A stretch of 64,000 bases of DNA, taken from Monocercomonoides exilis PA203. Taxonomy: Eukaryota > Protista > Preaxostyla. The translations under genes and the position numbers were made by a program. Positions 38,938 to 49,907 of the stretch are shown piece by piece (position 1 is the stretch's first letter; each line of letters starts with the position of its first letter). The stretch is from NCBI GenBank assembly GCA_001643675.2, contig LSRY02000006.1:1674001-1738000 (forward strand), in the 5' to 3' direction. Under the pieces are notes generated by a model. That model had not been told where the DNA came from, did no database searches, and saw only the letters and a program-made list of their open reading frames with translations.

Positions 38938-41368
38938 ATGATAAAAAAAAAAACAGAAAATTCGAAGTTACAGATAAATACATTTAGCGCAGTATCTTAT
39001 GTGTGTGAATTGGTAAATAAATACTATTTTCCTGGGCAAGAACCTGAAAAATGGAGGAAAGCAAAAATGAATGAAGGAGATGTTTATTTTTTTCTTTTTA
39101 TTGATGATTCTTCATTGAATTGTAATTAAAAGCCAATTTTTATGTTAGACACTTTGTGCGTACTGTGCTATCATTTAATTTGTCCGACTTTTAGAAAGGA
39201 TGAAATTTTGACGATGTTTTCTCGCGATTTATCAACATCAATTATGAAGCATGATTTTGCTGCGTACGTGTTGGGAATATTTGCATTTCCAAGCCTTCAT
39301 CTTTTAAAGTATTTGTGCGCTCGAGCTTATTTGATTGCAATTGCTTGGACAATTGGAAAACTTAATACCTTTGACGTGGATAGGCAAATCTCAAAAATTG
39401 AATGTAGTTCCAATGAGAATGAGTTAGACATTGAAAGTCTTACATTTCTTCCGCAATCTATGAAGCAATTACTCTTAGCAGCAAAATTAAAGGAAGAGGA
39501 GATTATTAAAGAGTTATCTCCAGCAATAGAAAGAATTGAAGATTCGGCTTTTTTGCCTCAATCCCACTTTATTCATCATCTCTTAGGGAAAATAAATCGA
39601 AGCATAAATAGAATTATGCAATTAAATTGCGATCAAATTCTGAATATTGGGCAAACAGCTAGAGTACAAGAAAAAAGACGAAAACAAATTCAATCTGGTA
39701 AGCATGTTCATAATCAAGGCGAATCACAAAGCCAAACGACAACAGCAAGCATTTCTTCTTCTTCTTCTTCTTCTTCAGCTTCTTCTTTAGCAGCAACAAC
39801 TGCAACATCCGATACAACTCAGAATACCTTGCTGAGTGCTTCTTCTGCATTCAAGCAGGCTTTGAACGAATATGTTTTGTGCTCAGCCAACCCCATCACG
39901 CTGACTCCAGGAGATTTGCAGATTCTGAGAACGCCAGCACTTCTGGAGAAGCGAGTGAGAAGGAAAGAGAAAGAGACTGAGCAGAAAGAAGAATCGGTGA
40001 ATAAGGAGCAGCTGGAGCGAGATTTCTGGGTGTGGATGGAGTCTGTTGTGGAGAAAGAGACGGGAATATGCCCAGGCGAAGGATTGAGAGAGGCCGAAAG
40101 AGAGATGGAGAAAGAGCAGGAAAGGATCAGGCGAAGGAGGGAGCAGATCAGCTCGTGGGACGAAGAATCGCAAGAAAAGGGTGTTTTGGAAGCAGCAGCA
40201 GAAATGAAGGAGGACAAGGCGGAGAATGATGCAAAAGAAGATTTTAGAGCTTCTGCTGTTCGTTTTGTTGAGGAAGCAGGAGATAGGGCAAATGCAACGT
40301 TGAAGCAGGCCAAGCAGCTGGTTGAAATGATATGCGGAACAAAGGGAATTACAGAGACTTCTGTGAATGCTGTCACAAAACAGCTTAATGCGATGGTTAA
40401 TAAAATTGTTGAAGAGATTGAAAAAACCAGAAGACGCTATTCGATTGCGGAGCTTGCGCAGATGGACAGGCAAAGCAGAGGTGCTTCAAAAAGAAGCGGC
40501 GGATGGAGTGGGAGTGGCAGTGACCCAGACGACAATGCACAATATGAGCCAATTCCACTGGAAGAGACATACCAAGCGACGTTTGAAAACAGCGCGGAGG
40601 AAATAAAGGCATATGCAGATGCGATGAAGAGGCAATGTGTTGTGAAGAGGGAGCATTGGAAGGATCAGGATGTGCACTCAGCAGCTTCTGGGGCAAAGAA
40701 AACTTCTCTTTCGATCAATTATCGTTTGAAGACATCTTCTTTTTATTCTTTTTTTTACAAATAATTTTTTTTAAATTTTGTAAAATAATTTTTTCTTAAT
40801 TTAAAAATTAAAAAAATATATTGTTCTTTTTGAAACAGCACCGATGGTGACTGAAGAAGAACTGGTTCGAGTGGAATCATCACTTCGTAAATTTCATGGG
40901 ATGCTTCTGCAGCGCACAATGCCTGTCTATCGCATGATGAACACGTCATTGGCAGGGTGGGTGTCTGCCTCAGCTGCCATCTCGCGCCTTTCTGCGGCTC
41001 AAATGCTCAGCGAACAGGAGAAGTCAAAGGCGCTGGTTGTTCGCAAGCAAAATGCTGCTCCTTTTGTGCTGGTGTGGAAGAATACACGATGTGATGGTAT
41101 GTCTCTGAGGCAGAAGGCTGCTCAAAGAGCGAAACTGATTGAGGAGGAAGGCGAACGGAGGAAAGAAGAAATGAAAGAGGAGAAGAGAACAAGATTGAGG
41201 CAGAGAATGGAAATGAGAGAGAAAAAAAGAAAAGATAAGGAAAGAGAACTCGAAGAACGAATATTGAGAGGGGAGACGGAACTTGTGAAGAAGAAATCAG
41301 CTAGAACCCATGCAATGGTTGCTAAATGGTTTGGAAAAGACGACTCTCAAACAGGAAATTTGACTTGA
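38938..41368 (+). CDS. TEDC1: Tubulin epsilon and delta complex protein 1-like (3 exons)
   Basis: PEKWRKAKMN, ARAYLIAIAWTI and DFWVWMESVV match TEDC1 motifs (PExFRxAKF, SRELLLALxWLL, FWxWMxxV) in order. Confidence 0.65.
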
Positions 41369-41885
41369 AAATGGATATGAAGCGAATCATATTTTGTCTT
41401 ATTTCCAGCAAAAGATGCTGTTTATTCAGAAGATGAAAAGGTATCTGAAAAGAAGAGCAAAAGACACCGCAAAATGAAAAACAGCAAATGGTTGTTACCA
41501 GTGATTTACCACAACTGAAATTATTATTTTTATTATTTGTATTTTTATGTGATATATTTTTGCCTTTATTCCACTTTTCTTCAGTAAGCCATAATTATAT
41601 TTTTAATAAAACAATTAAAGGAAAGAATCGGAAAGAGGTTTCTTTTTATTGTTTTGTAGTGATTGAATTAATTGCATAAATTTGCATTTGCATTACCATG
41701 ATTTAAGACAAAGCTTTTTTGAAGCTGAGAATTCACATTATTGTTTGCTTTTTTTTATTTTGATAATTTTTTATATTGTGTATGTTTCTTCTCTACAAAT
41801 GCAATATTCATCAAATGACTTATTCTTAATTTATATTATCGTTGTACGTTAATTAATTATACTTTACATGATGAAATAAGCTTCA

Positions 41886-44800
41886 ATGCGTGCATTTGCT
41901 TCACACGCTTCAAACAAGCAAAAGGAAAATAGTTTCACAATTAAAGATCAACCATCTGAATTACCTTTAATTGAAAAGTCACTTACACCCACAAAATTTT
42001 CTTGGCCTTATGGAGCTGTGAAAACAGTATTTATTACAGGATCTTTTAATAACTGGAAGTCAAAACTTCCATTGTCTGCAGAGCAATCACAGGATGATAT
42101 TATTGGGCCTTTACCTATTGATGAAGTGAGAGCAGATATACCCAAAGATATCCTTGATTTTTTAACGAAAGAAAGAATGAAGAATCATGGGCAGGTTCGT
42201 AGTTGGAGAAGAACCTGGTCGGTAACTATTCCGCTTCCTTACGGACAGCACTATTACAAATTTGTTGTTGATGGACGATGGAGACATGATCCTGAGCAGC
42301 CGTTTGGGATGGACTTAAAAGGTTCAATTGTAAATACAATTGTTATTCCACAAGATTCTTTGGAAAATCAAAGCAAAATAAATGATTCCGTCTTATCAAT
42401 TGCAAAAGGGAGCGCACAAAGGATGAAGAATTCGCCAAAAAAAGTGTCACAGAATGTTTCGTCAATATCCGCATCTTCTGACATAAATGATAATCGCACC
42501 ATTGCTCAAACACTGCCAATTCTAAGTTCAAAGCCCTTTGATGGTGTCGAAATGACTCTCAGTTCGACAGTCTTGGGTAAGCAAAGAGAGATAGCATTTG
42601 AATCGATACATGATCAACCTTTTCAAAACACTTCTTATGAAGATGAAACGCAAATTTTATCTTCTTCTGATATCAAAAAATTACATCATTCACCTGAAAA
42701 CATGCATGGATCCTTAGAAAACAGAGCAATTGATTCAAAAATCTCAGAAGCTCAATTAAATGCTAACAGCTGCCCATTTTCTGCTCAAAAGAAATCGGAA
42801 GCATTGCGTAAAAGAAAGTTGAATCGAATTTTGACAAAGTTTGTAATTTTGCCTGAGAACGATTGCCAAATAAAGACACTCAAGCAAACATTTCAAAAGC
42901 AGGCAGAGATCCAATTGGACTCTTATGTCAGTGATAAAGATGTGTATGTGGAACCTTTATTTCAAGACCTGCAGCCGTCATTGAGTACAGTCGATGATCT
43001 TTTGCAATTATCATCAAAGACATTAGAATACATAGCCAATCCTTATAATCCGCATCATGGACATACACACAACGCAGCTCGCTACAAAGATGCACAATAT
43101 ATCAACACTCAAAAGAGCGATGTTTCTGAAAAAGTATATTCTTTTAATTTTTCTGGTGAGACTCCTCTTTTGTCCTCGGCACAGTCCGAAAAAGAGCTGA
43201 AGTCGTTGTCGCCAATTCTCCAACGAGTTTCCTCTTCTATTTCTTTGTCTTCTGATGCTTCGTCTGTGTGCTTGTGTGATGAAGACAGAGCAATGCATTC
43301 TTATCAGCTCTTTTCTCCGCTGCCTGATCTCGTCCCTCCATCTCCGTCTGTGATGTCACGTGCAGTATCCACATCATCTCTTCTGTCAGATTTTGATGTT
43401 CCTTGTTCTTCAGAGCTTGCATCTCAGGACTCGACAGTGTCACTACCGCCTGTTCAGGTGTGTGGTTCTTCTGCATCGGACTCTAGCTCTCCTTCGTCTT
43501 TGTTTCTGACTTCTGCTTCTTCGACTGCATCGCTGCCTTCTCTGTTGTCTATTCCAAGCTCCTCAAAAAAGGCCCATCAAAGCAACACCCAAACACTTAA
43601 AAGCTTAGAAATGCAAATAAATCTGAGACGGAAGATGCTGAAGATACACCGTTATTGCAGAGAGCATGTGCCTCGCTCGCCATCTCTTCCCTTTTATGCA
43701 CGACCTGCTCCTTCGCCGTATCAGCAGAGCAACTTTAATCACATCGTTCCCTCAAAGTCGACGTTTGAAAAATACGCACTTCCCGAGCTTCTTCCAGATG
43801 TGCTCTCCACACACATTCTTGACTACCCGCGCCAACAGGGAATAGAAATGGAGCTGCTGCCGTTGATGAATCATGTTCTTGTCAGCCATTTCTTCCATGC
43901 TGTTCAGAACAAGCCTGGTTGGGACGCCAAAAAGAAAAAGATGATGGAATCTCGAAGAAGGAAAAAGAGAGTGGTGAAAAAGAAGAAGAAACTGAAGATT
44001 TGTAGTGATGCTGAAAACGTATATAACAGCACATTTATGAAAGGAAAAGAAGCTGCTTTAAATCAAAAGAGTGAAAGTGTCCGATATATTAATGTATTTG
44101 GTTGTTATACCGTTGAAAATGGAAAAGCGAAAAATTCAACCGAAGTCACAGTTGCTTGCGATGAATATGAAGAAGAATATGAGGAGGAAATAGAAGAATA
44201 CGAAAGCGATGGAGAGGAAGACGAGGAGTCTCTGAGAATTGGGCAACGAACAGCAAGTGGACTGACTGTCTCAATTGAGAGGTCGCTATCGAATTTTGAT
44301 CAGAGTGGGATGAAAACGCTTTTCAAGAACTATGGGAGTTCACGCGGCAGAAGAGGAAACTCGTTCTCAGAGTATCAGGATGTCATCAAGAATGCTGTAA
44401 AGGGAGAAGATGAAAGGAGTTCTAATTCTCAAAAGCACTCTCGAAATAATGAATTTGATAAGACGCTGTATGCTCAGATTCTGAGGAACAGAAAGAAATC
44501 GAAGCTGTTGGAAGACCAAACGGCGAAGGAAACTGCAGATAAAAGCGAGGCAAAGAAGGAACAAGAAAAAGCTGCTTCAATTGCTCTGAATTCCGAGCAA
44601 GCAGGTACCACTGAATCTTCAGTGGATTCATCATTGAAAAAAGACGAGCTGATGAGAAATTCTTCAAAAGGAAATTTAATAGCAGATACAACTCCGAACG
44701 ATGGAGAAGAAGGGAGCATTCACACTGAAGGCAATACAACAAAATTTGAGACAAAGAAAGATCAGGTGCTAAGCCAATCTGAAGAATATTCAAAGAAGGA

Positions 44801-45905
44801 AAGTTGTCCTTCTGAACAGATGGAAACATTGGATAGCGCAATTCCAGATATGAAAAAAGCGATGTCTCTTGAAGAAGCCATTGATCCCATGAAAATGATT
44901 CCATCTTCTAGTCAGCAGAAATATAATTGCGAAAGCATATCTTCTAACTTTGATTGTACTCCAACTAACTCTTTATGTAACACACCTCCAACTGTAAATA
45001 CAAATGCTTTATCTTTATCTTCTTCTTCCAAGCATTGCACTTTGACTGAAGGTTCTGTTTTGTCAGCAGTTGAAGCAGCAGAAGCGATTTCAGCTACCAT
45101 TTCGTTTACTCCACTTGAAATATCAAATACTTCATCTTCTTTGTCGTCTTCTTCTGCTGCTTCTCAGATAGATCCCAAATACATAAGCCAGTTGAATCTT
45201 TCTCCCAGAACTGTGCCTCAAATATCAGACATTCGTTTGTCCTCTTCTGTTAAGCCTCTGCCTCAGCAGAGCTTGTTCAGTATTTCGTCTCCTTTGTCTT
45301 CTTCGAGCAGCCAGCATGCCCCGTTCCCAGAGCAGCCACAGTTTTTGAAAGCTTCCAAATATCAGAAGAACACTGGCTGTTTTGGTTCTGCTTCTGAAAT
45401 ACGTTCAAGGAACAAGCAGTCGATGCATAAGCATACTTCATCTGCCTCTTCTTCTCTTTCTTCTTCTTCTTTGTTCACCTTGAGCAGTCCTCTTTCATCT
45501 GCCTTGAAAACTCCAACAAAACAGTCTCTTCCATCGTCTGCATCTCTTGCCTCTCCAGCAACTTTTGCAGCATCTTCGCTTTTAAGTTCTCCGAGTAAAT
45601 CTTCTTTAGAAGTGAATTTGGCACCTTTATCCGAACTGCTTTCTTTGTTTGCAGCTGATTGCATTCAGAGCCCTGCGCAGATTTTTTGTGTTGTCAGCAA
45701 TTACAGGCGGAAAGGGACAGCAATTATGCTTTATGCTCCTCCCCCTTTTACGCATCTTCAGGAAGACAAAGCATCTGCCATCTCTGCTGCTGTAAGAAAA
45801 TTGCTAAAAATTCCGAGTGATGAAAAAAAAGGAGCAAAAAGAAAACTCAAATTATCACAACAGAAGCTGTTTGTCAATGAAGGGGAAATGAATGAGGCTT
45901 CATGA
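41886..45905 (+). CDS. PRKAB: AMPK/SNF1 beta subunit, greatly expanded (1339 aa)
   Basis: CBM48 (TKFSW..VFITGSFNNW..LPYGQHYYKFVVDGRWRHDP..N) plus ASC motifs LPDVLSTHILD, LLPLMNHVLVSHFF and terminal NYRRKGTAIMLYAP. Confidence 0.8.
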   Translation: MRAFASHASNKQKENSFTIKDQPSELPLIEKSLTPTKFSWPYGAVKTVFITGSFNNWKSKLPLSAEQSQDDIIGPLPIDEVRADIPKDILDFLTKERMKNHGQVRSWRRTWSVTIPLPYGQHYYKFVVDGRWRHDPEQPFGMDLKGSIVNTIVIPQDSLENQSKINDSVLSIAKGSAQRMKNSPKKVSQNVSSISASSDINDNRTIAQTLPILSSKPFDGVEMTLSSTVLGKQREIAFESIHDQPFQNTSYEDETQILSSSDIKKLHHSPENMHGSLENRAIDSKISEAQLNANSCPFSAQKKSEALRKRKLNRILTKFVILPENDCQIKTLKQTFQKQAEIQLDSYVSDKDVYVEPLFQDLQPSLSTVDDLLQLSSKTLEYIANPYNPHHGHTHNAARYKDAQYINTQKSDVSEKVYSFNFSGETPLLSSAQSEKELKSLSPILQRVSSSISLSSDASSVCLCDEDRAMHSYQLFSPLPDLVPPSPSVMSRAVSTSSLLSDFDVPCSSELASQDSTVSLPPVQVCGSSASDSSSPSSLFLTSASSTASLPSLLSIPSSSKKAHQSNTQTLKSLEMQINLRRKMLKIHRYCREHVPRSPSLPFYARPAPSPYQQSNFNHIVPSKSTFEKYALPELLPDVLSTHILDYPRQQGIEMELLPLMNHVLVSHFFHAVQNKPGWDAKKKKMMESRRRKKRVVKKKKKLKICSDAENVYNSTFMKGKEAALNQKSESVRYINVFGCYTVENGKAKNSTEVTVACDEYEEEYEEEIEEYESDGEEDEESLRIGQRTASGLTVSIERSLSNFDQSGMKTLFKNYGSSRGRRGNSFSEYQDVIKNAVKGEDERSSNSQKHSRNNEFDKTLYAQILRNRKKSKLLEDQTAKETADKSEAKKEQEKAASIALNSEQAGTTESSVDSSLKKDELMRNSSKGNLIADTTPNDGEEGSIHTEGNTTKFETKKDQVLSQSEEYSKKESCPSEQMETLDSAIPDMKKAMSLEEAIDPMKMIPSSSQQKYNCESISSNFDCTPTNSLCNTPPTVNTNALSLSSSSKHCTLTEGSVLSAVEAAEAISATISFTPLEISNTSSSLSSSSAASQIDPKYISQLNLSPRTVPQISDIRLSSSVKPLPQQSLFSISSPLSSSSSQHAPFPEQPQFLKASKYQKNTGCFGSASEIRSRNKQSMHKHTSSASSSLSSSSLFTLSSPLSSALKTPTKQSLPSSASLASPATFAASSLLSSPSKSSLEVNLAPLSELLSLFAADCIQSPAQIFCVVSNYRRKGTAIMLYAPPPFTHLQEDKASAISAAVRKLLKIPSDEKKGAKRKLKLSQQKLFVNEGEMNEAS

Positions 45906-46133
45906 AGTTAGATATACGAGCTTTGGATATCTGAGGAAACTTTTTGCGTCTTTTTTCATGTTTATTCATTTTTTCGTTTTAACTTAATTTTCGATGCCAA
46001 TTGTGCGTACTTAAATTTGTAATATAATGTTATTATTTTTAAAGCCATCAATGTTTCAATTCAAATATTTATTTTTTCAGAGATATGTTTATGTAGATTA
46101 TTTATCAGCAAATCTTGCATTTTTTTTTAAATA

Positions 46134-47135
46134 GGGTGGTTTTTTTATCCGGACAATTTTTTTTATCCGGACATTTTTTTTAGTTGGCGTTTCTCAATAA
46201 ATAAAAACTGAAAATAGAAATAGCATATTGAACCAGGTTTGAATATGTATTAAACGTTCATACAAAAAAAAAATTATTGTCAATTTTTGTTTTTGATGAA
46301 GATCTTGTGAATTTTTAATTTATTTTTGATCATTTGTTTTGTCCATTTTGGACTATCTTTCTTTTTTTGTTTATTTTTAACTACAAGGCCATGAAGCACA
46401 CACAATGAAGTTTTATTATTCCTAATGTTTTATGTTTTTTCCTATTTTTTCAGGAGTTTTTCGAATTTCATTGTTTTTGAAGAAAATTTTATAAAACTGA
46501 AAATTTTGAATAATACGACATTTGTAAGATATTTTTAATGATGTGCATGAAAAGGAAAATACTTTTAGGAAGTCTTTATTTGGTTATAACTTTGTGAAGT
46601 ATTGTTGCAATAGTTGTATCAATCAGTTTTTGATTATTCCTTATTTGTTCATTTCATTTTTGTTTCAATTTAATATGACTAACAAATGAAATATGTAATG
46701 TATTTTAATCTTTTAAACATGGCACGTTATAATATTAGTCGTAAAATACAACAACAGATTAGAAATTTTCAGTTTTTCATGATTTTTGTCAAAAACGATG
46801 AAATGCGAAAAACTCCTGAAAAAATAGGAAAAAACATAAAACATTAGGAATAATAAAACTTCATTGTGTGTGCTTCATGGCCTTGTAGTTAAAAATAAAC
46901 AAAAAAAGAAAGATAGTCCAAAATGGACAAAACAAATGATCAAAAATAAATTAAAAATTCACAAGATCTTCATCAAAAACAAAAATTGACAATAATTTTT
47001 TTTTTGTATGAACGTTTAATACATATTCAAACCTGGTTCAATATGCTATTTCTATTTTCAGTTTTTATTTATTGAGAAACGCCAACTAAAAAAAATGTCC
47101 GGATAAAAAAAATTGTCCGGATTAAAAAACCGCCC
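46134..47135. mobile_element. 1002-bp non-autonomous foldback/MITE element, ~330-bp TIRs, TA TSD
   Basis: TA|GGGTGG... and ...CCGCCC|TA. 46134-46463 is almost identical to the reverse complement of ~46807-47135, with degenerate pairing to ~46507/46763. Subterminal TATCCGGACA occurs twice. No ORF. Confidence 0.9.
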
Positions 47136-47449
47136 TAGAGTTTAAAAACAATTTCAAAATAAGAACTTAAAATATTAAAGCACATTTCTGGCATTTTATT
47201 AAAAAAAATCTGAAAATCTCTTCTTGGATGTGAATGTTTTTGAAAAAAAGCAAAAACAAAATATATTCGATATTTTGTATGTTATTATTTTAAAATTTTG
47301 ATTGAAAAACTGCCAAAAATATATAAAAACTATCATTGCTTTAAGTGATTTTATCCAAGGTGCAAATGATTGCTCTTTAGAAAAATTCGATTGTTACGCA
47401 ATTTTTTAGAATAGCATTGTTTGATAAACGAAATAAAAATCGAAATGTA

Positions 47450-47840
47450 TTATAATTTTAATTTAAAGAAAAAGAACCAAATAAGAAAACAAATTGTGAA
47501 AACGAAAACAATTAGCATTTTGATTGTACTTTCAGGATTTTCCTTGATAAAGTTTGCTATATTTTTTGTTGATGAAGAAAGTTGTCCGGCGGCTTTACTC
47601 ATTGATTCTTTCATTTGTTCGAGAATTCCTTGCTGGACCTGAACCTCATCATTTATTTGCTTTGTTTTCTAAATATAATCATTTAATGAACCGATGTTGG
47701 TGAACCGTTTTTAATACATTTAAACATAATAAACAAACATTTTTAATTTCTCGTGCTGTATTTATCATCCTTTGAATCGTTTCTTCGTCATCTTGAAAAC
47801 TTTCTTCATCTTCAGCGTGACGTCGATGCTCTGGCTGCAT
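47450..47840 (-). CDS. Bet1/Sft1-like Qc-SNARE, 106 aa (2 exons; absent from the ORF track)
   Basis: Intron 47669-47738 (GT-AG). Protein ...AREIKNKTKQINDEVQVQQGILEQMKESM...QLSSSTKNI ends in a C-terminal TM helix. Confidence 0.78.
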
Positions 47841-47945
47841 GCGATGAATCAATTACAAGTTAATTGAATCGAAAGAAAAATAGGAGACTTGCAATTTTGT
47901 AAAGGTAATGATCATCAAATAAAAATTTTGTGTGAAAGGGTTTCA

Positions 47946-49695
47946 ATGAAATGTGCGAGATGTGGAAGTCCAAGATTTGCTGTAAAACGAATGAGAACAG
48001 GGAATCCTATGTGCAAAGAATGTTTTATGCTTTCTTTTGAAGAAGAAGTGCATCAGACAATAATTGAAGAAAAACTCTTTGAAAAGGGTGAAATTGTTGC
48101 AATAGGCGTTTCAGGAGGGAAAGGCATATATTAATGAATTATTTTATTTTTTATCTTCTTTTTCATATTTTTGTTTGCTTTTTTAACATGTGAATATTCA
48201 AGATTCCACATGTCTTCTTCACATCCTTACAACACTTAATCAGCGTTACAATTATGGACTAGATATACGACTTGTGGCAATTGATGAAGGGATATACGGT
48301 TATCGGGATTTTTCATTGGAGGTTTACATTTTTATGCAATTCTTAAAAGATAAAGTTGTATTTAGTGTGTTAAAGAAAATTCAGAAAAGTATTCTCTTCC
48401 TTTGGTGATACTATCGTTTAAAGACCTTTTTGGTTATACAATGGATGAAATAAACAACATTGTTGGAACAAAAAAGAGTAAATGTTTGAATTGCCCAGCT
48501 GTTCATTTCCTTTTTTAAAGCTTAATATAGGTACTCATTGCGGAATATTCCGAAGAAAAGCACTGGAAATAGGATGTCAACAAATTGGGGCAAATAAAAT
48601 AGCACTTGGGCACAACGCAGACGATTATGCAGAAACTATTCTTATGAATTGTGTGCTTGATTATTTAAGTGAAAATTCATCATGCTTTTTTGAAATTTCT
48701 TTATTTTTTTTTCTTTCTTTTTTTCTTCTTCTTTTTTTTCTTTTTTTTTTTTCTTTTTTTTTTACACTAATTTTCATTTTGATGCGTTGAGACAGTGATG
48801 AGAGGTGATATTCATCGGCTTGAACGAAGTGGAGACATTACCACTGGAAAAGATTTTCTTTCGTCTGAACTGCCAAAATTGCTAAAGTTGAGAGAAGCAA
48901 ATTCAAAAAATGAGAAAGCAGATGAGAAATCTTCGCTGTCTGTTGAAGAATGTGCAAAAGATGCTAATGAAGCATCTGAACCCAATCTTCTTCTGACTTC
49001 TTCAGAAACGAAAGCATCTTCATCAATGCCTCCAACTTTTATTGTTCCAACTTTAAAAGTGAAACCATTTAAATACTCGTATCAAAGAGAAATTGTGTTG
49101 TATTGTCACTTCAAAAAACTAAACTTCTTTTCGGTCGAGTGCACTTACGCTCAGGTAATGATTTATTGTTCTTTTCATTGCATTGACTGAAATTTCATAT
49201 ATTGTTTTGCTTTGTTCTACAAATTTCATCATAAGGCATCATTTCGTGGCTATGCACGACAATTTTTGGTGAAGTTACAAGAAAGTTACCCGATGGTGAT
49301 TGGAAGTGTGCAGAAAATATTTTTGTTATTAAGAAATAAACATTGCTATTTCTGTTGTTTATGTTAAAACAATATTTTCATAATTTTTTTTCTAAAAAAA
49401 AACACACATAAAAAAAAACATTTTTAATCGATCAATAGACATTATTCATAGCAGCTCAATGATGCACGTTTCTTCATCGACACCATCTCAAAAAATGCAA
49501 TTTTGCAGAAATTGCGGATTTATTTCTTCTCAGCAAAAGTGCCAAGCTTGTGTTTTAATAGATGAATTGAAGTCAGAAGAGAAAAGAAAAGAGACAACAT
49601 GTGAAGTTTCTGAAAAGGATGCAAGCGAAGAGCTCACAGCATGTTCAGAAAAGAAGGGATTGGCCGTTCAGAAAGATATGGAAGATATCGTCTGA
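47946..49695 (+). CDS. CTU1: Cytoplasmic tRNA 2-thiolation protein 1 (Ncs6), multi-exon
   Basis: Cxx[80 protein letters not shown]. Confidence 0.95.
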
Positions 49696-49907
49696 ACATT
49701 GTTTCTCTCATGAGCCGTTTTACCAATCATTCAAATAGCATCCAATTCTGTCCTGTTTTGAAGTCTTTCTTCGTTTCAACAAATGAGTTTGATAGTCCAA
49801 GCGTTGACTTTTCTCTCATTTGCATTTCAAATTTTTTATTCATTTCGTTTGAAAGAAATATACGAAAACGTGCATTTCGAATTATGTAAGTATATTTTAT
49901 TTACAGC

